64,000 nucleotides of DNA, from the NCBI RefSeq assembly GCF_022539665.2, contig NC_081333.1, forward strand, positions 9,858,001 to 9,922,000, written 5' to 3'. Shown here piece after piece: positions 38,330-52,707 of this stretch. How positions within the stretch are numbered: the stretch's first letter is position 1; every line of letters starts with the position of its first letter. This DNA is from Daphnia carinata (taxonomy: Eukaryota). Position numbers and translations under genes: made by a program. The notes under the pieces are model-generated. The model saw nothing but the letters and a program-made list of their open reading frames with translations. It searched no databases and was not told the origin of the DNA.

Positions 38330-41300
38330 TCTATGCTTCTTCTTTTTCCTCTTCGTGAAAAGCAATGCCGCATCCATTTCATATGAAATTCATCAAGCTG
38401 ATTTCGATGACTCAACACCAAGTCCCCCCCTTTGCTTTCTACCTCAATCAAGAGAAACGGAACGAACGCATTTTCACAACGTGTCTATATGTGAAAATAA
38501 CAAGTTTTCTTATTTTGAACGGTGGTCTTGCGGTGATTTTTTTGTTAGATGACGATGCCAAGAATGTCCCGTTGGGTTAAATGGAGTCAATGAATTTATG
38601 GGCGCATAAAAGCGTCATCGATCGCTTGATTTATGGATTCATTTTTTTTTTCGGACGCAAGTTATGTACGTGCCGCGTGTTCAGTTATTGTTTTCCGTGA
38701 ACTGCTTTTTTCTCTGTTTGTTCTTTTCGACTTTTGGATGAAAAACGAGCGTGCAATGAAACAAATGACTTTCACTTCGTCTGGACACATCGCGCGCTTC
38801 AACAGACATTGGTTTCTCGTATAGATAAGAGTACGACGCGCAATCTTTTCTGAATGTGATCTCTCGCACGCGATTTGCCAACCTTGACTCGTCGTTCGAA
38901 TAAAAAGAAGGACAGCAAAAAGAGAAAGAGATCTTTTTTTTTTGTAATATCTAGAGACCTTGACCGAAATATCTGTGCGAAAACTGTCACGGCCAGAACG
39001 AGAGAAAAAAAAATGCGTCCATCAGCCGGCCGGCTGACAGTAGCAGCTCGCGAATTATTAACTGACAACTGGTCGGGGCCAGCCCAACGTTCGACCACAC
39101 AGACGGTCGGTAAAATGCGGGACCACGGCTATTATTCATCACGACCGTAAGATTTAGGTATTTATAGTCGAGTGATGCCTAGTGCGTATCGGACAAGCTG
39201 GGCCGCGTGAGTGGGCGTTAAATCGGGGTCAGTTCTCATCTTTAGGAAAGCCACCGTTACAAACATTGCAGACCTTCCTGTTCTGCTGCTTCATCGCGCC
39301 GACGACGGTGCTGCAAAACATCAGCAGATGATGATCGAGTAGTCGGGCGCGCATTTCAAAATAGTGAAAAGGACTTCCTTATCCCGCTTCTCTGTATACT
39401 TATCGACGTTCGAGATGTAACGAGCGATTAAGAGCCGAAAGAAACATCCCTCACCTTCTGATAGGAGAGAAGAAAGGACAATGGAACATTTCTGGGCGAG
39501 GAATGCAATGAAAGGAGTTCAAATCTGCCGAATAACGTAATATAGACGGTGCCGCTTCGTTGATGATAACTGGAGGGTGGTGCTTGTTGCTGTGCACATG
39601 ATGAATCGACGACGGCCATAAAAGACTAACGAAAAAAACACCCAAAGAATAGGTTTTTTTTTTAAACGTTAAAAATACGTGCCGGTTCGTGAAGGGCCCG
39701 TACGTCGGAAATACACAGCCATTCCGTCGTCGTTATTATTCGGTTGTCCTTGTTTTGATAAGATCGAAGCCGGTTTTTTTTTCTCTTTTGCGTAGCGACA
39801 GACCTTATGAATGAGGATATGTAGACCTTATAAAAGAGAAGGTGAATTAAAATTATTGTGTGAGTTTTTGTGAAGCAGGTGTGTCGTGATCAGCGGGGAA
39901 CTTGATCATCAATTGTCCATTTCGTTCGCCTTTAACTTCAATCATCCGTCGCGCTGTTTCTTTCTGTCTCGGGGCTCCATTTTGTATTTGCGGGCTCGAT
40001 GAATATGCATGGAGCACGGTAAAGATCTGCTACGCGTCCATGAGCCCTTGCGCGCGCGTTTCAAACTCAATTTGGCTAGCTGTGATAACGTTATCGGAGA
40101 GGGAGAAAGAACACATAACAAAAGCGCGTTGGCTTATTATTCTAATTCGTAGAGACGCGAAAACGTGTTTGCATATTTCGCTCTTGATTTGTGTGGCTTC
40201 ACACCAAACAGATTCGATACATCGATAAGCAAAGAAAATGGAAAGAATAACGTTTGGCAGCGCAGACGGGGGAAAATAAAAAAAAACTAATGCCTTGATT
40301 GGTACCGTGGCAGACTCAATTTAAAAAATGGTAATCAGATAAAAAGAGGAAAAGAAAAAGAGGTTAAACAGTCCAAATTCATTAGACTATATGTTTCATA
40401 GGTTTGTTCTACTCTTCTTTTTAAGGAGATAAAAAGGTGGGGCCCACCACTGGCTGTCTCTCCAAATAAAACCGTTTGAGTGACATTTAACATTTGACAA
40501 CAAGAAAATTAAAACCAAAAAAAAAAAAATTATTCAAAAAAATAAAGGCCAAATAAAAAGATAAGACGGAGGCCATCGTTTCAAGTTTTCGCGTATATCT
40601 ATATCTATACTTGACCGGAAGGTATAACCTTCCTCGTTTACTGTCAAGCTGCACAAAAATACAGGGCGAATAACGGCCATCCCCCACATTTTGTTGCCAA
40701 AACTTTAAGGTCAAATCGATAATCATAAAAGAAAAGAAAGAAAACGACAAGACAGCCACAGAGAGAGAGAAGGGGCTTCACAGGTAACGTAACATTAGCC
40801 AAAGAACTCGCTCATCCATCATGTGTCCAACCGACTGTTTTTGCGTCCTTTTGCCGCCACCTTTATTTCACTCCATGTCGTTCCAGCCTCTTTTTTTTTT
40901 TTTTTTTCTTCTTCTTCCTCTTTCTTTTGCTCTTTTGAGTCAGCAACACGACACAGAAAATTACGGAACCGTGTCTTCGGTGTGCCCTAGCGCTGGGTAC
41001 GACGCACCTGTTGCATACGATAATCACCTGGGCGTGCTATTTTCTTCTTTTTGGTGTGTGTGGACTCCCTCGCCGGGGAGAAAAGAAGAAAAAAAAAGAT
41101 TGAATGAAACATCTTCCGGCAGACACATTTATTTATATAACTGCGCGTGTATATAGTTTTCTTCCTTTTTAAACAGTCACACACGCGGTGTCTGGTGCAC
41201 CGGCTGATATTATATTGCGTTTATTTATACTGGTAGATGTTAACAGTATATACGTACGTCTCCTTTCTTTTCTTCTTGGGGGTTGACTCTTTACGTTTGA

Positions 41301-44300
41301 ATTGAAACACGACCCCTCCTGCGTGGGATGTGCCAAAAAGGTCGAGAAGACATGGCGGGCGTTGTGTCTATACGTGCGAATAATTACATTGGCGATGGCA
41401 TCACTCTCTTTCGACCCGTCAAATGTTTCTTTATTTGGTACGGCTGTTTGGAATTCACGGCGCGGGCATCACCTTCTTCTTCTTTTATTTATTTATTTAT
41501 TTTTATTTTGGTTATAGATTTTTTTTTCTTTTTATTTCACCTTCCGGCCCGTGGTTTGAAGCGTTGCCAAAAAGCACCGTAGGGGAAGCAAAAATATGCG
41601 CGTCTCATTTTCTCGCCAATCCGTCAATGCAAACGAAAAATACCCAACAGTTTGACGAACGTGTCAAGCGGATCGCTATTTTACAAGCGTTTATGGAGAG
41701 CTGCCCCCTTTTTTTTTTTCTTTTAAAAATGCATACCCCCCGTACCATTGACTCAGCAGGACGAATACAACTGTGTGTGTGTGTGTGTGTGCATACCTGC
41801 AGTTAGTAACTGCATTCCGTTAGATGAAAACAAGAAATGAACTGCATGTACGCAGAAACGTGTCACATGCGATAAATTCCGCCAGTCAACAAGAACACGC
41901 TTGGCAAAAATGAACGGATAATGTTATTGTTGTAATTGAGACCAGCAATGGGAAAATGCCGAGTCGATATTCAAATCAGTTGGCCATCCTCGATTGATTT
42001 AAAAGTCCGTTATTTTCTTTTTGTTTTTAAATGGTGTTTGAGGGTTTGCCAAGAGGGGCGAAGGTGGGAAAAAAGGGGGTAAAAGAGAAAGAAAAGTAAA
42101 CGAAAAAAAAAATGAATGGCCTGTATGCAAATATGGCATTAGAGGACCGCCAGACAGATGGGAGACATAGTCAGGTGTTCGTGTTACGGGAGGAGCGACT
42201 CGAATGAATGAACCATCACGACACGGCCAAAAAGAAAGAAAAAAAAAACACGCGGCGTACGAGTCACCAGGGTCATGGACACGATGTAGGAAAAACACAA
42301 AAGGTCCTCCTCACACTAGCCCATCTCGATTCGTCAATGCTTCCGTTACTAAAGATGATGACGACCGGTCCAGGTGTTTACATAAAATTAGATTCCGCAA
42401 TGACGATGCGCAGCAACTATTTGCCGATGAACGCATAAGCACATCATCCGTGTCTAATCATTTAACACCACCTCCATTGCCAATCTAAATAAGAAATTAG
42501 TTTTTGCTTACGTCGCGTTTCTCAGAATTTCCTATTTTTTTACCTAATTGGGACGGTGTTTCCCCGAACTGTCTGAAATAAAACAAAACGGGATGAAATG
42601 GGACCAAAAATGGAGGATTCATGAATATCTTTTTTTTTCTTTTTAGTTTCATTCGTAGAAAAGAACAGCCGAAGCAGGAAAAGACCTTTTTTCTTATTTT
42701 TTTTTTTAAAGAGCCGTCGTGTTTCATTCAGAAAAAAAGGGGGAAGGGAACCAGGACTAGTCGGTGCGTGACCATTCTGGTATACCAATGGCTTTTCAGT
42801 TAAAGATGACCTGCTACAGCCAAACCCTGCCTCTCTCTCTCTCTCTCTCTTTCTGTTAACTCAAGAAATATAAAAAAAAACGTGTGAAAACTCAGAAAAT
42901 AATCATTAAAAAAGGGACGTAAATCAAAAGTCAAACAAACGGATGTGGCAATGAAGAAAACAGCCGTCAAAAAAAAAAAAGTCCCTGGGCATATCCGCAC
43001 ATCCATCAGTTTTAGATTCGAAAGAAAAACAGGAATAAAGAGCTCGATATTGCTTCATAAATCATCTGAAAGTAACATTTTCATTTGGCAAACATCAATC
43101 AGCACTTGAAAAAGGCCAGCGAGTAGCCATTTTCGTTTCTCTCGGTTCCACACACGAATATCTGTGTACCGCGTTGATTTTTACGAACGCTCGTCTATAT
43201 ACGTTTTTAATAGGGCATTAATAGCACATTAGAGTCTCCTTGTTTTTTCTTGCCCTAAAGTCTGGTGTGGATTCAAATGCGTGTGCTGAGTGCGAATGAA
43301 AAGGCAGTTTCTCACGCGTTCTTTTTTATTTTTCTTAGCTCTCCTGGTGTTCGACTGTGAATTTGTGTTTCCGCCTATTGACATAAAATAATATGACCCT
43401 ACGACAATGTTTCGCACATTGGTCTAGCCTCTTAAAAATCAAAACTACCGGAATTACGCCGAAAAGAAAAATAGACCCTTTTTTTTTTCTTTTTCTGGCC
43501 GCACCCCTCCATCTCACGCACAGTTTAACACACAAATCTATAAAAGTTGAAGAATAACTAAATGAACAGCGATGACTACAACCGACCTGGGTTCTTTTCT
43601 TTTTCAATAAGAACTCGACATCGTTTTCATTTTTTTTTTTCATCATATGCGAAAGAATTCCTATTCCCTCGCCACAATTCCTAGTAATTGTTTTGATTCG
43701 ATCTTCTATTTTCGTTGAGAATCTCTTCTATTTCGGGGAAAGACAAAAGAGTTATAACAATGAGATGTTCGCGGGGGACGATAAGAATTCTTTTCTTAAA
43801 AACAAATCGAGATTCTCTAACGTTCTATTCATTTTTATCAGTGGGAAGTTCGCTTATCTTTCTCCGGCTATTTTCCGCTATGCCGTTCGGCATCCTACAA
43901 TCTTCGGCTGTGTAAATTGTTTGAAAATAGAAGGAAACAAACAAACAAACAAAAAAAAAATGATAAGACTATTTAGGCGCGTTCGGGAAAAAAAGGGACG
44001 TTGTTTTTGCCTTTTGCTTGTTGCTTTTGCGAGCTGCTCTTGGCCTTTCCTCAAACCTGTCTCTTGTTTTTTTTTTCCCTTATTCGCCCTCTCCCTCTTA
44101 CGATCATATAAGGATGAACACAAGAAACGTAGACTTTTTGACGATGCCCAACCTTTTGCTGAATCTTTTTCTTTTCTTTATTCACGTGCGTGCGTGCGTA
44201 TAAATTTCTTTCGTTTTTTTCTCTTTCTTTTGCTTCCTCGTCGTGAAAAGAAAAACGCCGTCCGCAAACTCCCGAAAGGTGGGACAAGAGAAAACCGTTG

Positions 44301-47300
44301 CCCTTGAGACGCCGACCAGACGACCAATGTTGGAGACGATAACTTTTGCACGCACAGAGTGTAATGAGGCTATTACGTATAGCAAACAAAGCGGACCACG
44401 AGCCTTTTTTTTTATTAGTGTTATTATTTGTGGGCCCGCACGATATATAAAAAAAGACAAATGAAAAACAAAAAATGTTGGATGGACAAGTTTCTTTCCT
44501 GCTGAATGGCAGGTTATTGCTCAATATTCTTTTCGTGTTTATTCAGCAGCAACTAAATAGCAAAAGACTATAAATATATTTAAAAAAGGAAACAACATGT
44601 TGTTATGATATTATGTTTCTAAAACACGATGAATGAAAGGCCCGGGTGAATGGCCTCCCGCTTTGCGACATATTCTCGTCTGGCTGTCTGGACCGAAAGA
44701 TGAATGAACGGCCGGGAATAGACACACACACAACGTGACCTGTCACTGCATCAAAACTTATCCTCGTGTAATAAAAAAAAGAAAACAAGGAAAATAAAGG
44801 AAGGGGAAAAAAAATAACTAAAGAAATGGGAGTGACACTACAGAGAAGTAAACGGTCACGAGACAAGAATACATCCTTCCGGCGCATTTGAAATGGATGA
44901 TGATGGCTGCTGGATGGTTGGTGGGGGGAATGCTGATAATCACACAGCAAAAGGGAGCGACACACACACACACACACACACAGACTTGCTTTTGATATTC
45001 GCGATCTATACGGGCTGACGTTGTAAATAAAGCACATCAGTTGCGCGTGATTTATTTGCAACGAGACACGACAAGAAAGGGGAGAGTCCACGATGTATCA
45101 TCATCTGATGCGCACAAACCATCGCCGCTGCCATTTGAAATGCACCAAGAGCCGCCGCCGTTAGCGGGATCCGAAACTAAACGCGTAAGCGACCGATTGG
45201 ACACTCAATACACCACCTGGGCCCACAATCGAGCACACACACACACAAAAGTTATTGAAGGAGAAAGAAAAAGAAAAACGAGTATTTCCATGTAAGCATA
45301 TCTGTTTATGATCCTCTGATTTTTCTGAATTTATTTTTTTATTATGCCTTTTTATGAATATAATTTTTTTTTTTTTACCTGATTAACCTGAAAAATTATG
45401 TTTAAGGGTTAACAGTTGATTGGCAACCGCCGCTTATCTGAGAATATACATCGGAAGGAATAAACAAAGAGAGCAGGGTATATCATGACGCATATATCGA
45501 TATTGATTCCAAAAAGAGATGGGAACTCTTTTTCTTGGCCATTGTTATTGATTTATTTATTTATTTGCGCTTTTCTCTTCTATTTTTTTTTTTTTTTTTT
45601 ACGATTCAAAAAATAAAATCTGTACACCTTAGCTAGGGAGTCAACGAAGCCGGCAGCGTGAAAGGCTATATGCTCATAAATACTTCGAGAAAAGTATTGC
45701 ATACCATATATACAGATGGAAGGGGATTTTAATATTTTTATTTATAAAATGGACATTCTAGAAATATACAACTGTGCAACACATAAGAACGGATGGAAGG
45801 AAGGATGGCAAGAGAGAGTCCCGTTACGATCAAACGATTACGATTATAAAAGGAGTAGGCGTTCGAAGATCGGAGCAAAGGAAGAAAACAGGACAAATAA
45901 CTCAAAATATATTCCAAACATTTTTTTTTCTCCAGACTTCATTTTTTGTTTTCTATTGGCTCGCCAACGACGATGACTCATCACGAACGGCACCAAAAAA
46001 CACATTTTGTTTTTGTTTTTTTTTAAGAGAAACACGGAGATCTTTTAAGACTCTAAGTTCACCTGGCAATCGTGCAGATAAAAGACATTTACACCTTCAT
46101 TGAGACCCACACACACACACAGAGGCACACTAAAGAGAGCTAAACACTCTTATAGCCGGTTGTTGAATACTACTACACGCTATATAGTGGGGATCTGAAA
46201 AAAAAAAAAATGTTATGAATGAATGGCCCGTGTCCAGGTAGCAACTGTGGAGAAAAGAAAAGGCGCGGAAAAATATCCGCACCCAAATCAACGAATGCAT
46301 CAATGGAGTCTATATAAATATAAATCCAGGTACGTGTACCTACAAGTTATTATGAATGTGTGTGAGCGTTTATAGAATATAAGGATGGGCGGTAGAAGTG
46401 AAGCTGGGAGCGGATGAAAGATGGAGCGGAATTTAAACGACAAAAAAAAAGAAATAAGGAGCAGCCACAATAGCGAAGATCAAGACAGTGCAACATAAGA
46501 TAAAAAAGAAACAAAAAAATAGACGCAACACACACACGTCGTCTTGTTATGCAACTCGAGTGATTTGTGGAAGGTGAATGAGGACCAGCAGAAAATCCAC
46601 ATTTGGAAATTGTTTTTGTTGTGCACCGGCATCAAGTAAGCGAAAAAAAAAAAAATAAATAAAATAAAGCGATGTCTGGACCAACCTTCGTTTTCATTGC
46701 AAAAGCTTATATTTTTTACCTTGTATAATATCGACGATAGGTACTCCTTCCTGGGTAAACGATGTGCAACCTACAATCCTACATCCATCTGTTATTATAT
46801 AGCGTATCGTTTGCTTATTCTTTTGGGGAACGATGGCGTGATGAATATTTGCAGCTTTTTGGTTATATCAGCGGGCCACGGAGCTCGTAGGAGACGAGCC
46901 CTGAAATCGAGAAGGTGAATGAGATAGAAATACAACAGTTGGCCAACGGGAAAAAAAAGAAACACGAGTTTAAAGTTTTTAAAAAAGAAGGAAAGAAAGA
47001 CGCAACCTAAGGTAACCTTTTTGGTTTTTTTTTTTATGGGCTGGCAGAAACGACCTGGGAAGGGCTTTTTGCTTCTTCTTTATACAGTCTACATATAGCC
47101 AATGCTTGCCTGTTATGCGTTGCTCTGTGCCGTTTTGGAACACACACCTTGACAACCGAAAAAAAAAAAAAACCGCCAATAAGGGAGAAGCTGCAACGTT
47201 TTCTAGTGGCCACTATATCTTCTTCTTTTCGTTACATACTTCTCGTCGTCTTACTTGGCTGCGTTCTTTTCTTACACATATATATACCCCTGCGTTCAGC

Positions 47301-50300
47301 TTCATCAGCAGCCGCCATCTTCACGCTGAGCATTTTCATCAGCATTCAATGAACCCGAGAAAACTCGCCTTGGTGCATTTTCAGGTGATGACCAACGGGA
47401 CTGAACTCTCTCCCAGCGCACAGTCACAAGATGTAATACTTTCTTATTCAGCAGCACGGTTTTGGAATTGATTACACGAGAAGATTGAATTACTGGCCGA
47501 TGACTCCTTCTTTTCCCATCAGCTTCGTTTTGGTCATTGACGGGATTGCAAAGAATTAATTTCATTAGCTTATAACAGCGTACTTGGAAAAACTCGATAG
47601 ATATAAACGAATGATTCATTTGTTTCTCGTTCGGATGGTATCGTGATTTGAACAACATAAACGAGTTTTTTTCAGGACAGATGCGATCGATTTTCGATTT
47701 GTTATCCGTTTTATTTTGGCTGCGTGTTTTGGTTTTTTCCTGACATCATTCGATCGACTGCTCGTATCGCCTTTTACGTCACACAGGGTAAAGCTTTATG
47801 GTACAGTCTGCATCGACATAAGAGGCTAACTTCAGCCGGAGCAAACGCACGTGACAGGTGCTGACTCCCGAAGCGGACTCCCGTAGGTGTCGCGTGAATT
47901 GGGAGACTGATTGCAAATAAATCTTAAAGCGACTGTTGTTGCGTGAGCGCATCTGGGGACCACCGTTCCAACATGTGTACCAACACATTTATACATATCA
48001 GATGTATATATACGTGTACACAGGTGTTATCCTTTTTCGTTTGCTAATAACTTTTTTTTAATGTCTCATTTTCAGTTCTTGGAATATATCGGACATTAGT
48101 TCGAATTGAACGAACGTGTTTTGCTGTTAAGAGAGCTGAATTGTTTCTTCCCCAAAGCTATTCAAGCTCTGGGGAAGTCAAACAATCAAAGTGGACTGAT
48201 GGAGGGCATCAGAAAAAGATTTGCCTTGCGTGCGCGTACCTTGTTACCGAAAGAATTGCTTTGCCACCGCCTCTCTGAGTACGCTTTATTATGTAATAAG
48301 CGCAACGGAGGGACTGCCTTATAGTGAACGATTCAGATGGAAGTGATCCGTCTCTGTCACCGGGCGTCCGTCACGAAAATGAAACGAGTTGGGTTTGACG
48401 AGCGAACGACAGCCACCAATCTTCGAGAAAACGAGGCGACGCTCAATTGATGACGTGTTTGCGCGTAATCAAATGACTGCGCCCCTTTCTCCTTTTCATT
48501 ATTCCGTTCAAAACAAAACATTGGTGCCAAGAAAAAAAAAAAAGAAAACCACATTTGCTTTGTTGTCCTTTCTATCGGCAACTGTTCATTTTCGCGGTCA
48601 CTTTCGGCGTTCTAAACGCGACCTCATTTCGCACGTCAGACGTGCTCCCGCAAAAAAATAAAGAACCGTATCGCGCCTTGCCCCAAAGGCTATTCGATTT
48701 TCTATAGTACTCACAATGCTTGTTTGTTCTACTGGCATCAACAAACGTTCAAACACGAAATGGCTACATACCAGTATATCGAGTTTTCAAACAGGGGGAG
48801 TTTGAAATGTGTAATTTCTTATTCTCTTTTCGGAGGAAAGAAATCCCGATGATGGCGCCGTATAACACGAGGCGGAGTGTCTTTGGTTCGCCGATGCCGC
48901 GACTCATTCTGCCACTATCTCGGTCGTATAATGAAAAAAAAAAAAGGGAAGATGTCCAATGGCGAGCCGTTTAGGTGGTGCGCTGTTTAGCTTGTCGTCG
49001 ATTGGCATTATAGTCTGCGTCCACAGCCGTTTACGTTTGCCTAATGGATTATATATATATATATACTCCCGATAGTCTTTTTTGCCCGTGTTGCGTACGT
49101 GCACACAATAAGCGACACGTAGTGATGCAAAAGAGTATCCATCTATCCAGCTCCTTATATAATGCGCGATTGCTGCAGTCGTTTTGGTTTATGTCTCTTC
49201 TTTTTTTTTTTTTTGTGCGATAAGGTCAAAAGAAATAACTTGATGTGTTCATTATCCCGACGGGCTCGTCTGTTGTCTCTATAGCCGAATTGTTGCTGGT
49301 AATCTAACATCCGAAAGAACTTGAATGGAAAAGCGCGGGGAGAAGGCAAAAAATTCATTCCGTGCTTTTGTTGGCGTTTATACTTGACACTCTTTTACAT
49401 TTCGGGAAGAGAGATGATAAGACGTTTGTTACCATGACTCCAAGGACTCGTCTCACTCTCTCTTCCAAGTGGCTGGCATCTACCACAACAGGCGCAATGT
49501 CAAGTTGGCAATTAAAAAAAAAACGGTAAGAAGATGCTCTAGCTAATAGGCCGAGATATGTTCTTCCGCTCTTCAAAATGTGGGAACACTCCACAAAAAA
49601 AAATGCAAGTGGGCAAAGGAAGGATTTCGAACGTCCGACTTTCTCGACTGTTTTACATTTTCTAGGGTCTTAATACAGCATGTGAATAAAATTACCCGCT
49701 AGACAGACGATAATCGTTTAAAATGTTACAAGACAGAAAAAGGGAGAAAACAGCGATGACAATGGCGCTGTCCTATACGACAGTTTTCAAACGGACGATA
49801 CGAGTCTTCTTTTGAAACGTCAAAACGAAAGTGGAGGAATAACACGAAGCAGAAAAAAGAAAAAAGAAAAAGACGTTACCGAAAATGCGAACAAAGAGCA
49901 ATTTGTTTGAATGAAACATCTCTGGATCCCGCTGAAGAAGAAGCCGTGCCGCGCCGATCGTGCAACAGCGGTCGTAATGGCCGTCTATGGCTCGTTGTTT
50001 TGCCGCCCCGTCGGTGCAGTCTATAGAAAGAAAAGGCAAAAAAAAACAACCTCGGCCACGTAACGCTATTACCTATAGATAATCTGTGCGTATAGACCAA
50101 AAGGACAACAATGCTGCTAGAATGTGATACGCGCCGCAGATTTCGGAGCCTGCCTGTCTGTCGTTGCCGAAAGCGTCTGTTAGAATTCAAAACAAACACA
50201 AAAAAAACCAACAAGCTGCGATAAAAAAAAGGACACACAAAGACAACAACAAATAAAGTCGCCGCGTTGGCACCGATTCACGGTCAATTATTATTATTGT

Positions 50301-52329
50301 TTTCCTCAACGATGGCGTCATTGTGTAAGAGGAATACGCATATTCTGGTCAATTACAGGGTCCGTAGGAAGACAAAAGTGCTGAAGAGAAACTGCTCTAA
50401 ATGAGTCCAGACTCTAATTTGTAGTTCTTTTCATTCATTTAAAATTTTTAAAAGTATATTTGAAACGCCCGCTCTGTTTAATGGCGAATGCCCGGTGGTC
50501 CATTCGGGCATTCACGGGCATTTTTCAAAAAAACAATACTACCCGTGTAACTAACATCAATAGGGCCAGTTAAGGATACTACACATTCGGGGATTTATTC
50601 GATAGGCGTGCCCACTGTGGTTTTTTAAATGAATATTAAATCAAGGAGAAGATGAAAGAGTAAAAAAAAAAAGGAGAAGAATGATGAAGAGTGGACTAAT
50701 AAGGGAATCTTTTGGTGGCGTATATACTGAGACGCGACTCGCGAACGAGTCATCGCAGTCGGACCAGATCCCTGCGTCTCTTTTTCACACAAAAAAAAGG
50801 AGGAATCTATATACACACAGTGGGAATTATAAATAATAAATATTTTAAAAAAGAATAAAAAAAATTATAATAATATGAGTCATTTCATTCGTTTTTTTCC
50901 TCAAATCCTGATATGTGATACATTGTAAGGCACTCAAGGTTCAAAGGCGACTCATACAAATGCATAAACATTGTACGTTGGATATATTATATTACGAAAT
51001 GCACGCAAAATGGACATGGCGATCGCCCGTACAAACTGAGCCACATCTGACGTAAACGCGTACAACAGGGGAAAAAAAATGTGATAGCCAACATTCAAAT
51101 CGACATAGAGCGAACGAAAGGCCCATTCAAGGTAGACACATACGGGGGGTGATAGAGGCGAATGCGAGCGAATGCCCGCTAGACATGTATATATACACTG
51201 CTGAGTTAGCGCACCTTAAATAGGGAAAACTTAATGGAATCGGACCATATACGTGGACCGTGCTGGCGATGATGCTGCGGGTTGGATGGGCCCCAACCGC
51301 GTCCAGGCCATACGCTGGCCATATAGGCCTACAAACTTACATGATGCATAGTTGTGTTCAAACAGTGGCGTGAATCGGCATCTTTTTGTTCAACATACGT
51401 TTTTGATCAGCTCCAACTGGCTCTCGCAACGATAGCACGTATACTATGTAACCATCCTTTGTAACAACAGTTTGGTTACGTACAATAGGACATGCACTGC
51501 TATTCCGGGTTGGGCCTGCTGAACGCTTTTTATGGCCGGATTTCTTTTTTTTTTCTTACAAATCTTTCATTCCGAATACGAAAGATGTGAAAAAGAAACA
51601 CGCTCACACAAAGAAATGGGGAATAAGAAAACAAGAGAGAGAGGCAGCTGGGAGATCCTACCCGAGTTGGCGATGCGCAGAGACAACAGGTTATCGGGTT
51701 CGTTCACTCATTCGTTATTTTGGTGACAATCAGCTGATTCATTCCCAAATTCATACAAACGTGGAGCGAAGACAACGCTTAATATACTGCGTCTGTTCTT
51801 GTAGCTACTATATGGCCGAAGATGCCACCCGGCCACCCGGCCACGCATCAAACGCCTTCCCATCTAACCGAATGCGAACGTGCGGGACTGTCGGGATGGA
51901 TTTGGCTTTCATGCTGTTTTGTTTGGTTTTGTTTCTTTTCTTTTTCTCGCCCCGAATTTTTGTGTTTTCTTGTCTTTCTTTTCTTTTTTTTTTCTTTTTG
52001 CATTCACCAATAAGACATTGACTGTGTCTCATAAGAACTTATATACTGTCGAGGTCATGGCAATCTGCCCAATCATCAGCGAGAGGAAAGGAAAAAGAAC
52101 AAGAAATCAAGCAAAATAATCTTTGTGGGGATTCAAATTAGATTGGGCTTTGGAAAAAAATAATAAAATTGAAAACAAAAGGAACACATTTTTCACGGAG
52201 ATCCCAATTTCGATTGCACGTTTTTATTTCCGCGTGATTGGATGGCATTTTTCAAATGTGCAGTAACGTTTGGCCGAACTCACGAGATGGCATTGTTCCT
52301 GATTGTATAACGCAAACTAGCAAGTATAG

Positions 52330-52330
<1 letters not shown>

Positions 52331-52370
<40 letters not shown>
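52331..52370. repeat. (CA)20 microsatellite
   Basis: Direct reading. Confidence 0.95.
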
Positions 52371-52371
<1 letters not shown>

Positions 52372-52556
52372 TACATGTAAGCATTGAGAGGGGGAGGAAG
52401 GGTGTTGCAAAAAAAGCTGATGACGAGATGCTTCTGCTTGCGAGAGAGAGGTGGTTTTTCGGGAAAAGAATCACGGCGGGATGGATGAACGTGACCCGAA
52501 GCCGTATAGCCGTCGCCGGGTCTGCACCGGGAAACTGCGAGACACAAGGAGCCGTA

Positions 52557-52604
52557 GTGTGTGTGTGCGTGTGTGTGTGTGTGTGTCTGTGCATGTGTGT
52601 GTGT
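52557..52604. repeat. Interrupted (GT)n microsatellite, followed by a (GA)n tract at ~52640-52661
   Basis: Direct reading. Confidence 0.9.
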
Positions 52605-52669
52605 ACAAGAGAGGGGAAGGGAGCAGAGGGGAGGAGTGTAGAGAAAGAGAGAGAGAGAGAGGCGAGGGG

Positions 52670-52707
52670 TTTTTAAACGGCGCGCTAAAGCTCTTCGCGG
52701 ATCAGTT
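52670..52707 (+). promoter_or_regulatory. Probable core promoter of the CAP/CRISP gene
   Basis: TATA-like TTTTTAAA (52670-52677) ~30 nt upstream of a perfect arthropod Inr TCAGTT (52702-52707, +1 at 52704), preceded by GAGA repeats. Confidence 0.55.

Noticed and set aside
43693..44307. Longest non-genic ORF (204 aa) and similar F/K-rich ORFs across the window
   Set aside because: Products of poly-A/T and dinucleotide tracts; non-ATG starts, no domains, no splice support.
45379..45387. 9-nt microexon-like tttttcAG-GTTAATCAG-GTAAAA on minus
   Set aside because: No host gene identified on that strand here.
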